Source: Octopus sinensis (lineage: Eukaryota). From it: DNA of 64,000 bases. Every line of letters starts with the position of its first letter. Within the stretch, counting starts at the first letter, position 1. The stretch covers positions 30,008,001-30,072,000 of the forward strand of contig NC_043008.1 in NCBI RefSeq assembly GCF_006345805.1. The letters are read 5' to 3'. The position numbers and the translations under genes were made by a program. Positions 41,163 to 53,239 of this stretch are shown piece after piece. The notes under the pieces were generated by a model. It was given only the letters and a program-made list of their open reading frames with translations. It did not search any database and was not told the DNA's origin.

Positions 41163-41358
41163 GACGCCATGATAGATCGTTAGCCACTACACACATTTTT
41201 TTCTCTCCTTGTTTTCTGTGTCCCTTTCTGTAGAAGAGCATAGGCTCGAAACGTAAAATACTTTTTCTATTCCTGAGCGTTATACTAATACATCTGTTTG
41301 TTTTGTACACCACCTGTCTTCGTCTGTTGTTGTTTTTTTCGAAAACTCTCCCTATATA
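41161..41358 (+). mobile_element. ~200-bp hammerhead-bearing repeat (Penelope pLTR-like), family H1
   Basis: Aligns to the reverse complement of 59589-59755. Flanked by (CA)n and (TA)n. Confidence 0.75.
41224..41259 (+). ncRNA. Minimal type-I hammerhead ribozyme motif (U6 variant core)
   Basis: cttt CTGTAGA A GAGC-atag-GCTC GAAA CGT A aaat: core, 4-bp stem II, GAAA, palindromic ACGT stem III, GUA triplet, short stem I. Confidence 0.6.
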
Positions 41359-41361
41359 CAT

Positions 41362-41424
<63 letters not shown>

Positions 41425-41439
41425 ATATACATACATACA

Positions 41440-42085
41440 ACATGAAATACCAGCCAAATATCTGCCAAAAGGGATATGCAGGAATAGAAGTAAAATGTGA
41501 CAACCGATGCAGACTTTTTGGAAATAACACCGAAGATATCATTCACATCATAAGCAGTTGTCCTAAAATGTCATCATGGTATTATCCACCGATGAAACAT
41601 GATGTTGTAGCTACGACATTGTATATTGAAATACCTCGGAAGGATAACCCCGAGGAAAAATAAATAAGAACCCACAGTATGGTAGAAGCCATAGCCACTC
41701 ATAATAAAAAGGAGTAGTGTTGGAATGTACCAGTGTAAACTTCAATAAAATGTAAGCACAAGAGACCTGTTATAAAGATTTGGGATAGAGGAGAGAAAGT
41801 GTGTACAGTTATAGAAATTAGCTGCCCAGCGGATGTTAACATAAGGCTGAAGATCAGTGAAAAGAAGCCTACATACGCTGAAGTATTGAGAAATTTGCAG
41901 TTACTCTATCCAGATTACAAGTTCAGTTATACCTGTAATTATTTGGGCCAAGAGATATATAACACACTGTCTAAATACCAATTTTGAGAAATTAGGCTAC
42001 TGAAAGCAAGAAAGGAGAATGCTGATTCGAAACTACAGATGCAATCCATCACTGGAACTGTAAAATTCTGAACATGTCTAGATAT
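41440..42085 (+). mobile_element. RLE-type non-LTR retrotransposon 3' fragment (CCHC knuckle plus restriction-like endonuclease)
   Basis: CDNRCRLFGNNTEDIIHIISSCPKMS..YY..MKHDVVA, KHKRPVIKIWD...CTVIEISCPADVNI..KISEK...Y, IQSITGTVKI. Confidence 0.85.
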
Positions 42086-42157
42086 GCAAATATATGTATC
42101 AGAATGCACACATAAAACATACAAATCTACACATATACTGACATACATACAAAATAC

Positions 42158-42275
42158 CTTGTTGTTGATGTTGAAATTCCAATGAGGGAGACTTGGATCT
42201 AGGTTAGAAACCGACTTTTTTCTTTATTGGCATGAACTCTTGAAATAAAACTGAATAATGACATACATACATACA
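42158..42275 (+). mobile_element. Probable 3' tail of another short interspersed repeat ending in (ACAT)n
   Basis: TTGTTGTTGATGTTGAAATTCCAATGAGGGAGACTTGGATCTAGGTTAGAAACC...GAAATAAAACTGAATAATGACATACATACATAC. Recalled as a common octopus repeat, but single copy in this window. Confidence 0.4.
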
Positions 42276-43849
42276 CAAGGTGGCACTTACGAAACATACG
42301 CGAATAAACCAATCCTATTCTATGTTGCAAGAAATAAGAAATTGGATATTCAAATACTTCAACGAATAAGGAATTTATCTCGTTTGCTAGCTTTAAACAG
42401 AGTAGGAAATTATACAAAAATTTATGCAGTAAAACTTGCAGGCGGCTATATTTTTCTGTATTTATCTATTCATTTTTAACAGGAAATTTTAATAGAAAAT
42501 TTCTAGCTGCTCTAGCTTTGGGGCTGTAATAATTAATTTTATTAAAATCTGATTACTAATCATATTATCAGAACATCAACAATTATCATTCAATTAAAGT
42601 AAACTATATCCAGTAGCGTCAGCCACATGAGTAATTTATTATCAGAACAAGTTTATTTTTGTAGATTAACCTTCCATCTAGAATGAGTTTTTGAGATAAA
42701 AATGTGATGTGTATGTGTGGCAGCAAGTCATCACAGAGTGTCCATTAGCACATGGCAAGCTATATTTATTTATTAACTGGTAAATGAAGATGCCTCAAAG
42801 ATACATGGTGTCTACTGCCCCATTACACACACACACACACACATATATATATATGTGTGTGTGTATGAGTGTGTGTGTCTGTGTCTGTCTGTGTGTTTGT
42901 GTATATATATATACATATATAGATATAGATTGATAGATAGAAAGGGCTATATATATATATATATATACATACATGTGTGTGTATATATATACATAGATAC
43001 ATATATGTAGACACACTATTCATTGATATAGGTATCTTACGAATTCATTTTTTACAGTAGCTGACCCTATGTACATAAAAATATAAATGAATTCGCTTCC
43101 GATTGTCAAAGAGCTAGTTTGGGTCAGCATCAGAAAGTTGCAATATTAATGATATCACAATGTTATAACTTGTAAAATGAGCAGAGCAATACATCCGTTC
43201 GCATGTAGTGTCAACTAAACCAAGACCACAAGTTGTGTCTGTAGCCTTCATAATAACCTAGTTGTATGGAATTACAGGCGCAGAGAACATGGTACGTAAT
43301 AACCTCGCTATGGACATCTATGCAACAAAATTATACTGTAATAACTATCTCATAAATTTTACTGAACTGAGAGTAAAAGTAAAACAGGACAGTATTCTCT
43401 TGAATAATGTCAAGGTAAATCACACTTTGAACATTTTCATAATGCTTGAGTTGTTGAAAGCTTGTATGAATTTCAGAAGAGAAAGGAGATGAAGGTATAA
43501 AATAGATATAAGTAGTGTTACTGTAATACAGTTTTGACTTAAATGTTTTTAGATGTCAAATTGTATTTATGTATGCAGTTATGAATGTAAATACGAATAA
43601 AATTACATATTTACACTTGCAAGTAAGTGTAGTAACAATGGATGTATGCGCTTTGCTTTCTATCTAAATGTGTTGAATCGATAGGGGAAATTCTATTGAC
43701 ATCTCAAACAAAAATATTAGAAAATTTGATTTAAGAAAAGCGAATAAAGGTACACAAATTGGCACCATCCCGTAGATGCTCATATACATAAATTGAATTT
43801 AACCCACGTATCTTATATGATAATCACATTTATATAATGTAGCTATTTA

Positions 43850-44290
43850 TTTGTTACAAATGTAGCCTATGTTACAAATATATTGGTAATGGAGGGATGA
43901 AAAGAATTTACTTCTTAACTCCAAATGCAACACAATATTTCCTAAACGTAGCAGCCAAATATTGCTCCAAACACTCACCACTTCCTTAAGCAGGGATGAT
44001 GCACTGAAGAATACATTTGTAAATCTATGTCTAAACGTTAACCGTAAGTCAAGAGAACAATGATGAAGCATCGCTGATCAGTAAGGAAATAATAACTAGA
44101 TAAGTAAAGAGAGTAAAAATGAGATAATGGCTATTTGTACCATGCATAAATGCTTAAATTATGTAAATGGTTGTATTAGCTTTAAAACTTATTTAGAACC
44201 TAGCTCAGGTCAATATTACATCCCCTTCTTTTCAGTATTTTTAGTGGCCAAATGGAATGGTAAACATATTCCACTATTCAGAGTAAAACA
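43850..44290 (-). mobile_element. Very degenerate L2-like LINE C-terminal remnant
   Basis: IWPLKILKRRGC... and IYKCILQCIIP..S.ECL resemble LYFLR.LKR.G and IQKRALRII.P..SY..AL. Many stops. Confidence 0.25.
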
Positions 44291-45730
44291 TGAACAACGC
44301 ATGTCACTTAAGTGAATTCAAGTCATTTGTAAGCAGTTGGTTAGAAGCTTCCTTTCAACAGTACTATTCCCCTGCTCAACCACGTATAAAGTACTATTGT
44401 CATTGCTTTTCACATTGACTATACAAAAAATATCGAGATAGAAATCAACCCTCAATTTTTAAGGAAATTGCTTTGTATGCCAGTTTGTATTTCTGGAATA
44501 AAATTTTAAAACAGTAGCTTCAGAATACGTTAGCATATTTACTTCCATAAAAGGAAATGAAAAATTCGTTATTAATGTCTCCTCTAGAAAAGTTAACTTT
44601 CCAGGTGGATATCTAAAAGTATTTTTATCGTGTTTGTTTTCTCAAACTGAAGATTTCATTTGCAAAAAAAAAGTAATAAATATATAAATAAAAAACCGCT
44701 TGTTTTCTGTGAAAATTGCTGAAAATAATCTTAGACTTATAATCAATTATAATTCGTTCCCGCTAACTCTAGAATCAAAGATACAGAATACACAACGAAG
44801 CTGATAACGAATTATAAAATACCACGTAATCACATAGAAAACATTCAAATATAGAGAAATAACAACAAAAAATCTCTATTTTGAAATATGTTGTTGAATG
44901 AAGTGTACATGTATGAGCGAATATAAGAGTTTTTATACACACGTGCGCACGTAAACACACATATGGAAATATAGTGTTTGTGTGTGTATAATGAGAGAGA
45001 GGTGGAAAGAGAAAGATTCATATATGTGTGTGTTATGTATATGCAAGTATATATACCCATGCGTGTTTGTATGCTTGTTTAAATGCTGATGTATATATTT
45101 AAACATGCACGTATACATTCGCATAAAATAGCTTACTTTTAGAATGTTGTACTGAAATATTACGGAAGCAAGCAAGGCCCTGCTATTCAAAATTTCCGCT
45201 GCAGGACATTATGTTTCGCATTCTATATCACGTGATAGAAAGAAATCCGACAGTATCTGATAGTATTTAGAATACTATAAAATGATATAATGAATTTAAA
45301 ATATTGACGAACTTGTTAGGTCTCAAACTGAGATTTACGTTTCAGATCAAGGACTAACGCTAACGATAAAATAATATGTATAATATTTATATGTAAAACG
45401 CTACTATGTAGATTATAAGGTAAATCTTCAAATAAATGTTAAACATCTATGCAAATGGGAGAAAGGATTTCAATTTACATGTAGCTTTTCACAGAATTCT
45501 ACAGGACATGTAATTTATCCCTTTTACTAAGAAATATGTTTAAAAACAATTTGAATATATCTTAGCATGAGCATGTTAGCTGAAAGTAGGAATAATGAAT
45601 TCCAGACAAGAAAATGCTGATTGTCAGGGATGCAAATATATATACTGTGTATACATTCGTGTCTCTGTGAGTAAGTGGCGAGGTGCGTGTGTTTGTGTTT
45701 GATTATACACACGCATATATCCATATATAT

Positions 45731-45850
45731 ATCACGTGATCACGTGACCCACCAGACCATCAGATGTTGTTACATATCGCTGGTCACAATGCGTTCGCAT
45801 TGTTTTAGCCTTCGAATGACGCCACCCCTCGGGCTAAGCGAACAGGCCAA
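45731..45850 (-). mobile_element. ~120-bp interspersed repeat with (CACGTGAT)n tail, copy 1
   Basis: Closely matches 59089-59200 (CACGTGACC.ACCAGACCATCAGATGTTG.TACA.ATCGCTGGTCACAATGCGTTCGCATTG...GGCTAAGCGA.CAGGCC). Confidence 0.75.
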
Positions 45851-45866
45851 TATATATATATATATT

Positions 45867-46765
45867 CGAGGCAGTATGAGAAAGTTCCCAGACTGGTTAT
45901 GTTTAATAAAACAATAAAACATAACTTATTTACTTAAATTTTAATATCAACTCTTTCGAAATTGTCACCTTGCACAGCAATACATTTGTTCCAGCCTTGT
46001 TTTCACTTTTACAATCCGACTTGAAAGTCGTTTTCGTAAGCGAGCCGAAGACATTCTGCGATTTGCTCTGGAAAACCGAGCTGGGTCTCAGCTTTTCAGC
46101 TGCGTTTTCATCTTGGGGAAGAAATTCAAGTCCGCAGGTGCTATATCTGGCAAATGGGACAGATGCAGTAGCAATGCAATGTTGTTTTTGTCGGGAACTT
46201 CAAGAGTAAAGAGAACTCGATGAGAGGGTGCATTGTCGTCGTGAGGATCAATCGTTCGTGCTCCTAACACCCGGTCGCTTTCACCAAACGTCTTCTCTCA
46301 AACGTTTCAAAACTTTGCAGTAGAACTCATACTGACTGTCAGTACCTGGAGAACGAATTCTCGATGTAACAATACTAAATTTCGAGGGTGAAACCCGTGA
46401 CAGGTCTTCGAGATCGCTAATCGTCTTCCAGGGAGTTTTCTCCGCTTTTTAAGTGAACGTAATTCTCGAAACATTGCGTACGACCCATTGTCTCTTTGTT
46501 GTAACCTTGCCGAAGCATGCTCAATCACGGTGTAGCAGACATTTCCAGTTTAACACAAAATTTAACATTGACAAAATCGCAGACTACAGCATACACGTGA
46601 TCACAAGAAGGCAAATTTCAAAACTTGAGATGTAAACACAGCAAAACCACTTGGCGGAGTGTCTCGTTAAGGTGACTGCTGACTGTCACTGCGCATGCAA
46701 CTATGTACTTCCATCTGTTGGTGCGCTACAAAGCTATTCCAGGAAAATGTTGATGCTACTTTGCA
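45867..46765 (-). mobile_element. Internally deleted mariner element
   Basis: HDDNAPSH (third catalytic-region motif), LPDIAPADLNFFPKMKTQLKS and the 5' motif CVKLEMSAT/SLEDD. Left end CGAGGCAGTATGAGAAAGTTC sits next to TA; the right TIR is decayed. Confidence 0.75.
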
Positions 46766-46811
46766 TATATATCTTTGTGCATATATGTATGCGTGTGTGT
46801 ATACATCTTTG

Positions 46812-46847
<36 letters not shown>

Positions 46848-47385
46848 CATATTTAACGCACGCACAGACACACGTATATGTATAAATATATATATATGCA
46901 TATATATATATGTATGTATATGTGTATGTATAACTGAAAATATATAAACAAATGACGTAACGTATACTCATTTTAAAAACGAACAGGGGACTAACAGAAG
47001 GTCCGTAGTTTTTCATCAGGTATCGACCAGTTTATTGATAATACTGAGAACTTCCCAATTGGTGAGGCCAGCAAAAACTTGACGCTGTGGACAATCCGGG
47101 ACAAGAACAAACAAACAAAATCAAAACGACACAGAATTTGAATTAGGACGGAGGACGAGGACGAATAGCCGAACAAAATACAGCCTTAGTGTCAAGGAAA
47201 CGAGAATAGTGGGCAACGGTTAAAAATGTCTTGAAGGATGGAGAACGGAGAGACAGAGAATTTGCGACTGGTCAGCTAAGTGACCCGTGTAAGAAAGGAA
47301 GAATAGAAGGAAGATAAAAGAACTAGCCGCTGGTCACATGACAGCAGCATGCAGAGGAGAGAGATAGCAGAGATATATATATATG

Positions 47386-47440
<55 letters not shown>

Positions 47441-47447
<7 letters not shown>

Positions 47448-47645
47448 ATCAAAACAACAAAGCACAAAAAACACAACAACGCGAGGACGTGGAACAAATA
47501 TAGTATTATTGGACGCTCAAGAAAGAAGGAGGGTTTAACGTTTCGAGCGGAGCTCTTCGTCGGAAACATAGGAGAAGGAAAGGTCCAGAGAAGAGAAGAC
47601 GGAGGGAAAAAATCGTCAACAGTACACACGCGGTCACATTTTGAA
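47441..47645 (-). mobile_element. ~200-bp hammerhead-bearing repeat (Penelope pLTR-like), family H2
   Basis: Same architecture as H1 (GACG..CTC upstream, ACGTTTCGAGC..GCTCTTC core, purine-rich 3' side) but a different sequence. Embedded in (TA)n. Confidence 0.65.
47533..47567 (-). ncRNA. Minimal type-I hammerhead ribozyme motif
   Basis: gttt CCGACGA A GAGC-tcc-GCTC GAAA CGT T aaac: stem I GTTT/AAAC, stem II GAGC/GCTC, palindromic ACGT, GUU triplet. Confidence 0.7.
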
Positions 47646-47681
47646 TATATATATATATATATATATAATTATATATATATA

Positions 47682-47712
<31 letters not shown>

Positions 47713-47924
47713 CTCATGTATTCGTACATATGCATGTATGCATGCATATATGTATGTATGTACAGAAAAATGGCATATTAACAATACTAGTATTATAGAT
47801 ATTTGCATAGGAATATACATATACAAATAAATATATAAGATGCAATCACGTCCTATCATTATAGTTGGTTCATATAATCAATGATTGGTTTCATGAGTAT
47901 ATACATTATGTGATAAAGTCGAAT

Positions 47925-48150
47925 GTTATATTAAGAAAACTGAGAGATCCGTGATGCGAAACCATGTCTGAAGTGACTGGCAAATTATAGAACGGTATTT
48001 GTAAGTGCATAGGCTCAGTGAGAAATGTATAGGCTTAGTGAGAAACGAGTTCAGACTATTCCATTAGGAAATAAGATAAGAAATATAGGTGAAATGACGA
48101 AATATGGCGAGAATGGAAGAGTTGCTGTGATAGAGTTAATAATTTTTTTA
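47925..48150 (+). mobile_element. Possible RTE-type LINE C-terminal remnant
   Basis: KKTERSVMRNHV and NMARMEE resemble RTE RRTE..M.R.M.G / GHV.RMEE. Contains a 20-nt tandem duplication. Confidence 0.25.
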
Positions 48151-49058
48151 ATGCCGCCATCTTTATTACGGTATTAAGAAACAAAAAGCATATAAATAGA
48201 CAATGAATTACGGTAGAATGTTAGATCAAATGAACGTCATTGTCGAGCGAAAAGGAGATTAATAGAGAGAGACAAATACTACAGAAATTAGTCGATACGG
48301 AGACGCCAGCCGGCACATAGTGAGCGGTTGTTATGTATATATACTAACGGAGACACTACAACACAATTTACAATGTCGCTGGTCTTCCGTGTACGAAATT
48401 CAGCTGCCGATTATGAATCAGGAAACGATATAGGGAATATCGTCAGCTTTGAGGACGAGACGGTGGATGAGCAGGGAGGTATATTTTATACGGTAATTAT
48501 TTATAAAGAGCTCAAATGTTCAAGATCACCTCTTTGACCAAACTCTCTGAGGATGTATATTCATTTATAAATCACTGCTTACTTAACGGAGATTATATCA
48601 GATGATATACTGGATAAACTTATGTAAATATCTGTAACAAAATATTTTATCGCTGCGCATTGACTTAAATCAATAATGATGCACTGTAAATTCTCATTAT
48701 TTTCCTATATGGACAATATTTTTGTGTTCTTCTGTAAAATGTGAAATTTTAAATAATTTAACCATTTTTTAATTTGGTATCAGCAGGACCATTTAGATTT
48801 TATTCCGTAAATAACTGACTCTTTTCTGAAATTATCTAGTACTTGATAATTCATATATGTATTTATAAACCCATAATCGACATCAAATATGAACGCTAAA
48901 TGAAATAAATGTAAAATGAAAGAATTTGCATTCAAATATTTCAGCAGAGTTTAAACTGAATTTTCGCATATCAAAAAATTTAAATGATATTTATTTAATT
49001 CTTGGTGAAAATTAGTTTTCTTCTTTCTTCTTTTACTCTTCCCTTTTTTTTTTTGCAG

Positions 49059-49093
49059 CCAAGACTAAATTATGTGAGGATATAATTCTATAA
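49059..49093 (+). CDS. Candidate terminal coding exon (xKTKLCEDIIL* or SQD*)
   Basis: Very strong acceptor TTCTTTCTTCTTTTACTCTTCCC(T)nGCAG|CC. No good donor downstream; AT-rich 3'UTR-like sequence follows, with AATAAA near 49257 and 49681. Confidence 0.3.
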
Positions 49094-51724
49094 TGTAACT
49101 TGATTATATTTGTAAATATGCTTATGAATAATATTATTAAACCAAGAAATAGCAGAAGTGATGTTATTCCATAAGGAGTAACTTACTTACAAAACATCTT
49201 TTTCAAAACTTATGTAATATTTACGCTATAAGAATTTAGAAACTTTGGGTGATATGAATAAAAATTTTATATTTCAATGTTGAAACTCGAAGAGGATAAA
49301 TAATTTGTCAAAGATGAAAACAATAACATGTGGAATCTCACTTGGAGTAAGGGTTAGCGCGATGTGAAGTTTCTAACTTTTTACACTGCAAACTCATTAC
49401 AATTCTCTAAAATAGATGAAAAACATTTGAACTGCTACATTAGTAAAATACACAACATATTTACACAATACGTAGTTGAAAAACTCGAATAATGTTTATT
49501 TTACCCTCTGTTTTATCCGATGTGGGCCTGTTTTAGAAATTTCAGTAACAAACTAGAAGAAAAAGAAGAACAACAGCAATAGAAACAATAACAACAACAA
49601 GAAAAACAACAAGAAGAAGAACAAGAACAAGAGCAAGAACAACAACTAAAATACTAAGGATTTATTTAACACATGTTTACAATAAAACAATAAAAAATAA
49701 CAGGAGAATTATAACCCCCAAAAGTTCACCTTATGAGAGAAAACAACGCCCAGGGGCTGTCAGAGGAAGCCCGCAGATTGTGCACCTTACTGCTCACCAA
49801 GTATACTAAACTTAATGCTTCTCTGTTTGGTCCGTACCTTTCAGCCTTCAGGCGTATGATTAGAGTTCTCACACGAGCCGTCCCCGCTCTGTTCACTCAC
49901 GCTTCTGTAGAATTACTGGGAATAAGCACTTCTCTCTTCCCCCTCCTCACTTTCCTTTCCAAGTGTAAAAAGAAAAAAAATCAGTGAGCGCTTGCTCAAA
50001 ATGAAAACTCCTTTCAGTTCTTTCAGGGGCGTTCATAATGTCTTTTCCGTCCTAGCCACTGGACATTAAACAATAGGATGTTGAAAAACCGTACGCATAT
50101 GCAGTCGGATATATGAGTCCATTATGTTTATCCAAAGACTGAACTGCGACTTTGCCCCATGTTGTGCCTCTTCTACAGGGTCCCTACCTAAGCACTTCCT
50201 CCACTAGCGTTTTAGAGCATGCAATTTATTTCTAAAATGTTGTTGTGATATGTTGGTGACTCTACTTTCGTAAGCACTTCCTCTGAGTTTCGAACTAAAT
50301 GTCCTCTCTTTGCAAGTACGACTTTTCTTAACATTATCGATTCAATAGTAGTCGGCCTTTTTCCAAGGTAAAATACCATTTGTTATTGCCAAATGTTGCC
50401 GTCAATGTCTGCTTAACTAATTAATTCTCTATTCCAGTTTAGGTAACCTTGACGGACCGGGAGCGTAACCTCCAGCTCCCAGTAACCGGTTCACAGTTTA
50501 CGAGGTATTACTAGTCTACCCTACAGATCACAAATATTTGGTCCATGTAGCGAAAACTGTTTAAATATGGAGAACCTATGCTCTTATTGTCTAGTAGCTT
50601 GCAGAACATGCTCTCTGGATACGATCTGTATGACAGGATACACTTTGTTCATGTTAACATTGAGATATTTGGAAAATGCAGTCAGTATCAGTCAGAGAGT
50701 TGGACATATGTGTGTGCATTTTCGGACCCTCTTCCACCCCTATTCTTCTATCATCCGGCCTCATACCCTCTAAACATCATTTGCAAACATAGTAGTAGTA
50801 ATATTAATAATAACAATACTTAAGAGGGTTCTTGACTTCTATGATTACTTTCCAAAAGTTTAATCTGTTGAAGAAATATGAAATAATAATGACAACAATA
50901 ACAGCAGCAGCACCAAAACGGCAACCAGAACAATAATAATAATATTAATTACTTACATATTTGGATATAAATCTTCATACATACACTCACTCACACACGC
51001 TAAAACTCACACGCACATACACTCACATACACCCACATACACAAACACACACATGCACACACACCAAGAGCTTAAGCAATGCTAGTTTTTTCTTTGTAGA
51101 ACAAACGCCAACCCATTAGGGCTCTAATTAAATTTTACGTTGTGTTTCGACTGAGACATGATGACTTCCATTGATTATTTATATTTTAAATCAACAATAA
51201 TAAACATGGCTATTTTTTGAAGCCAGGGTACTTCCAATATTTCAATATTAGGGGCAGTATGCATCTAAATATTCATATAAATTTTTGTGACTATTCAAAA
51301 ATTTTATTTTTATATTTGGAAGACGCTCAGGATTATATGTAATTTTCATAATATTAGTAGACATATTTCCGCGAAATATCTTAACGATTAGACCTCCTCG
51401 AAATATTTTAACACGCATTGCTAACAACCTGGAGGCGTAACAGATTAATAGATTGAATATTGGTGAAACATTTTAAAACTAGTATTTGAAGCATAGCTAA
51501 ACATAGAATTAGGATTCTTTTGAATTTGATGCATTCCAAGTTTTCTACTCTAAAGATTGTACTGAGCATTAAATATATTTTGACATTTTTAAACATGTAT
51601 TATTTTGCAGATGCTCACACAACCATTTAATCGTATTACTGTTCCATTCTAGTTTATAAATAAAAAAAGAGAAAAGACAAAAATTAAATTTGATTTCAGT
51701 TGGAATGTAAATCATAGATTTATA

Positions 51725-51892
51725 GGCTCAGGATTGGCTGTGTGGTAAGTAGCTTGTTTACCAACCACATGGTTCGGGGTTCAGTCCCACTGCGTGGCAC
51801 CTTGGCCAATTGTCTTCTATAGCCTCGGGCCGACCAAAGCCTTGTGAGTGGATTTGGTAGACGGAAACTGAAAGAAGCCCGTCGTATATATG

Positions 51893-51944
<52 letters not shown>

Positions 51945-52166
51945 TGTGTGTGTTTGTGTGTCTGTGTTTGTCCCCCTAGCAGTTCTTGACAACCGATGCT
52001 GGTGTGTTTATGTCCCCGTTACTTAGCGATTCGGTAAAAGAGACCGATAGAATAAGTACTGGGCTTACAAAAGAATAAGTCCCGGGGTCGAGTTGCACGA
52101 TTAAAGGCGCTGCTTCAGCATGGCCGCAGTCAAATGACTGAAACAAGTAAAAGAGTAAAAGAGTAA
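51725..52166 (+). mobile_element. Full-length tRNA-derived SINE family A (octopus OR-like)
   Basis: A-box TGGCTGTGTGG, B-box GGTTCAGTCCC, GGCACCTTGGCCAA core, internal (TA)n(TG)n, tail GGCCGCAGTCAAATGACTGAAACAA(GTAAAAGA)2. No TSD found. Confidence 0.9.
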
Positions 52167-53076
52167 CTCGTCTTATTTTATGTAAAAATCTGAATGCATT
52201 TTCTGAATTTCATCACTTCGATGTTAGATATTCATAAATCCTTAGAGCTGCAATTCTATTACAATTCTATTACAAACAACAACACAATCAAAACCAAGAC
52301 AAAGACGATGCACATATATGGATTTAAAATATATTATAGTTAACAGTATACGTATAGCTATTGCATAATTTGAACGTTAGAGTGACGTAGGAAATGTTTC
52401 AACGTAATAAATGCTTAATTGCTACTGTGCCTTCTTATTTTCGCTTCATTTGTTAAATGTGTGTTGTATATTGATATACTTAAAGAAATTGTATCAAAGC
52501 AATAAACTGTATTGTAGTTTTAATGAAGCTGGAGCCGAAAACAAGGATCAGTAAGGAGGCGAGAGATTTTAAGAAGAGTACACACATAAACAAATAGAGA
52601 AGTCATCAACTTTCTTGAAATGTAGTTCTTAAGTAACAAAATTAAGGTATTGCTAAAATATATCAATTCATATTAAATTCATTCATGGAAAACAAGAAAT
52701 AACCAAAATAATTTTATTTGGGTGAGAGAATGAAATCCGCACCATCTTTTGTTTACAATATTGGTTTTGTTGCTAGTATCGTTATTTCTTTAATGAGAAA
52801 AATAGATTATTCCACATTGTTCTCTTTGACAGTTAATAGAATTCTACAGAAATATATTATGAATAGTTTCACTTACTAGACTGATATCGTCTATGTTCTC
52901 AGTTAGTACCTCTTTCTGAATTGCATCAATAGAACAAACATATATACATAAACATGTTTCCGTGTGTGACTGTGTGCCGTTATGTGTGTTTATTGAGGTG
53001 TATGTTGCTTGCGCTTAGATATACATATTGTCATAAACTCTCGTGTATGGAAACTACACACACACACACACACACA

Positions 53077-53126
<50 letters not shown>

Positions 53127-53239
53127 GCAGAGGGAGAGGACGGGAGAAAACGGGAGAGAGAGCTGTGATGGTAAAATATATAGAAAAGTAAAAAGCCAGC
53201 TACGGGGTCGAAATTTGTATCCTCATAGACTAACCTGGT

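Noticed and set aside
51725-51800. tRNA-like A and B boxes
   Set aside because: No cloverleaf or acceptor stem can be completed, and the sequence continues into the SINE body. It is a SINE head, not a tRNA gene.
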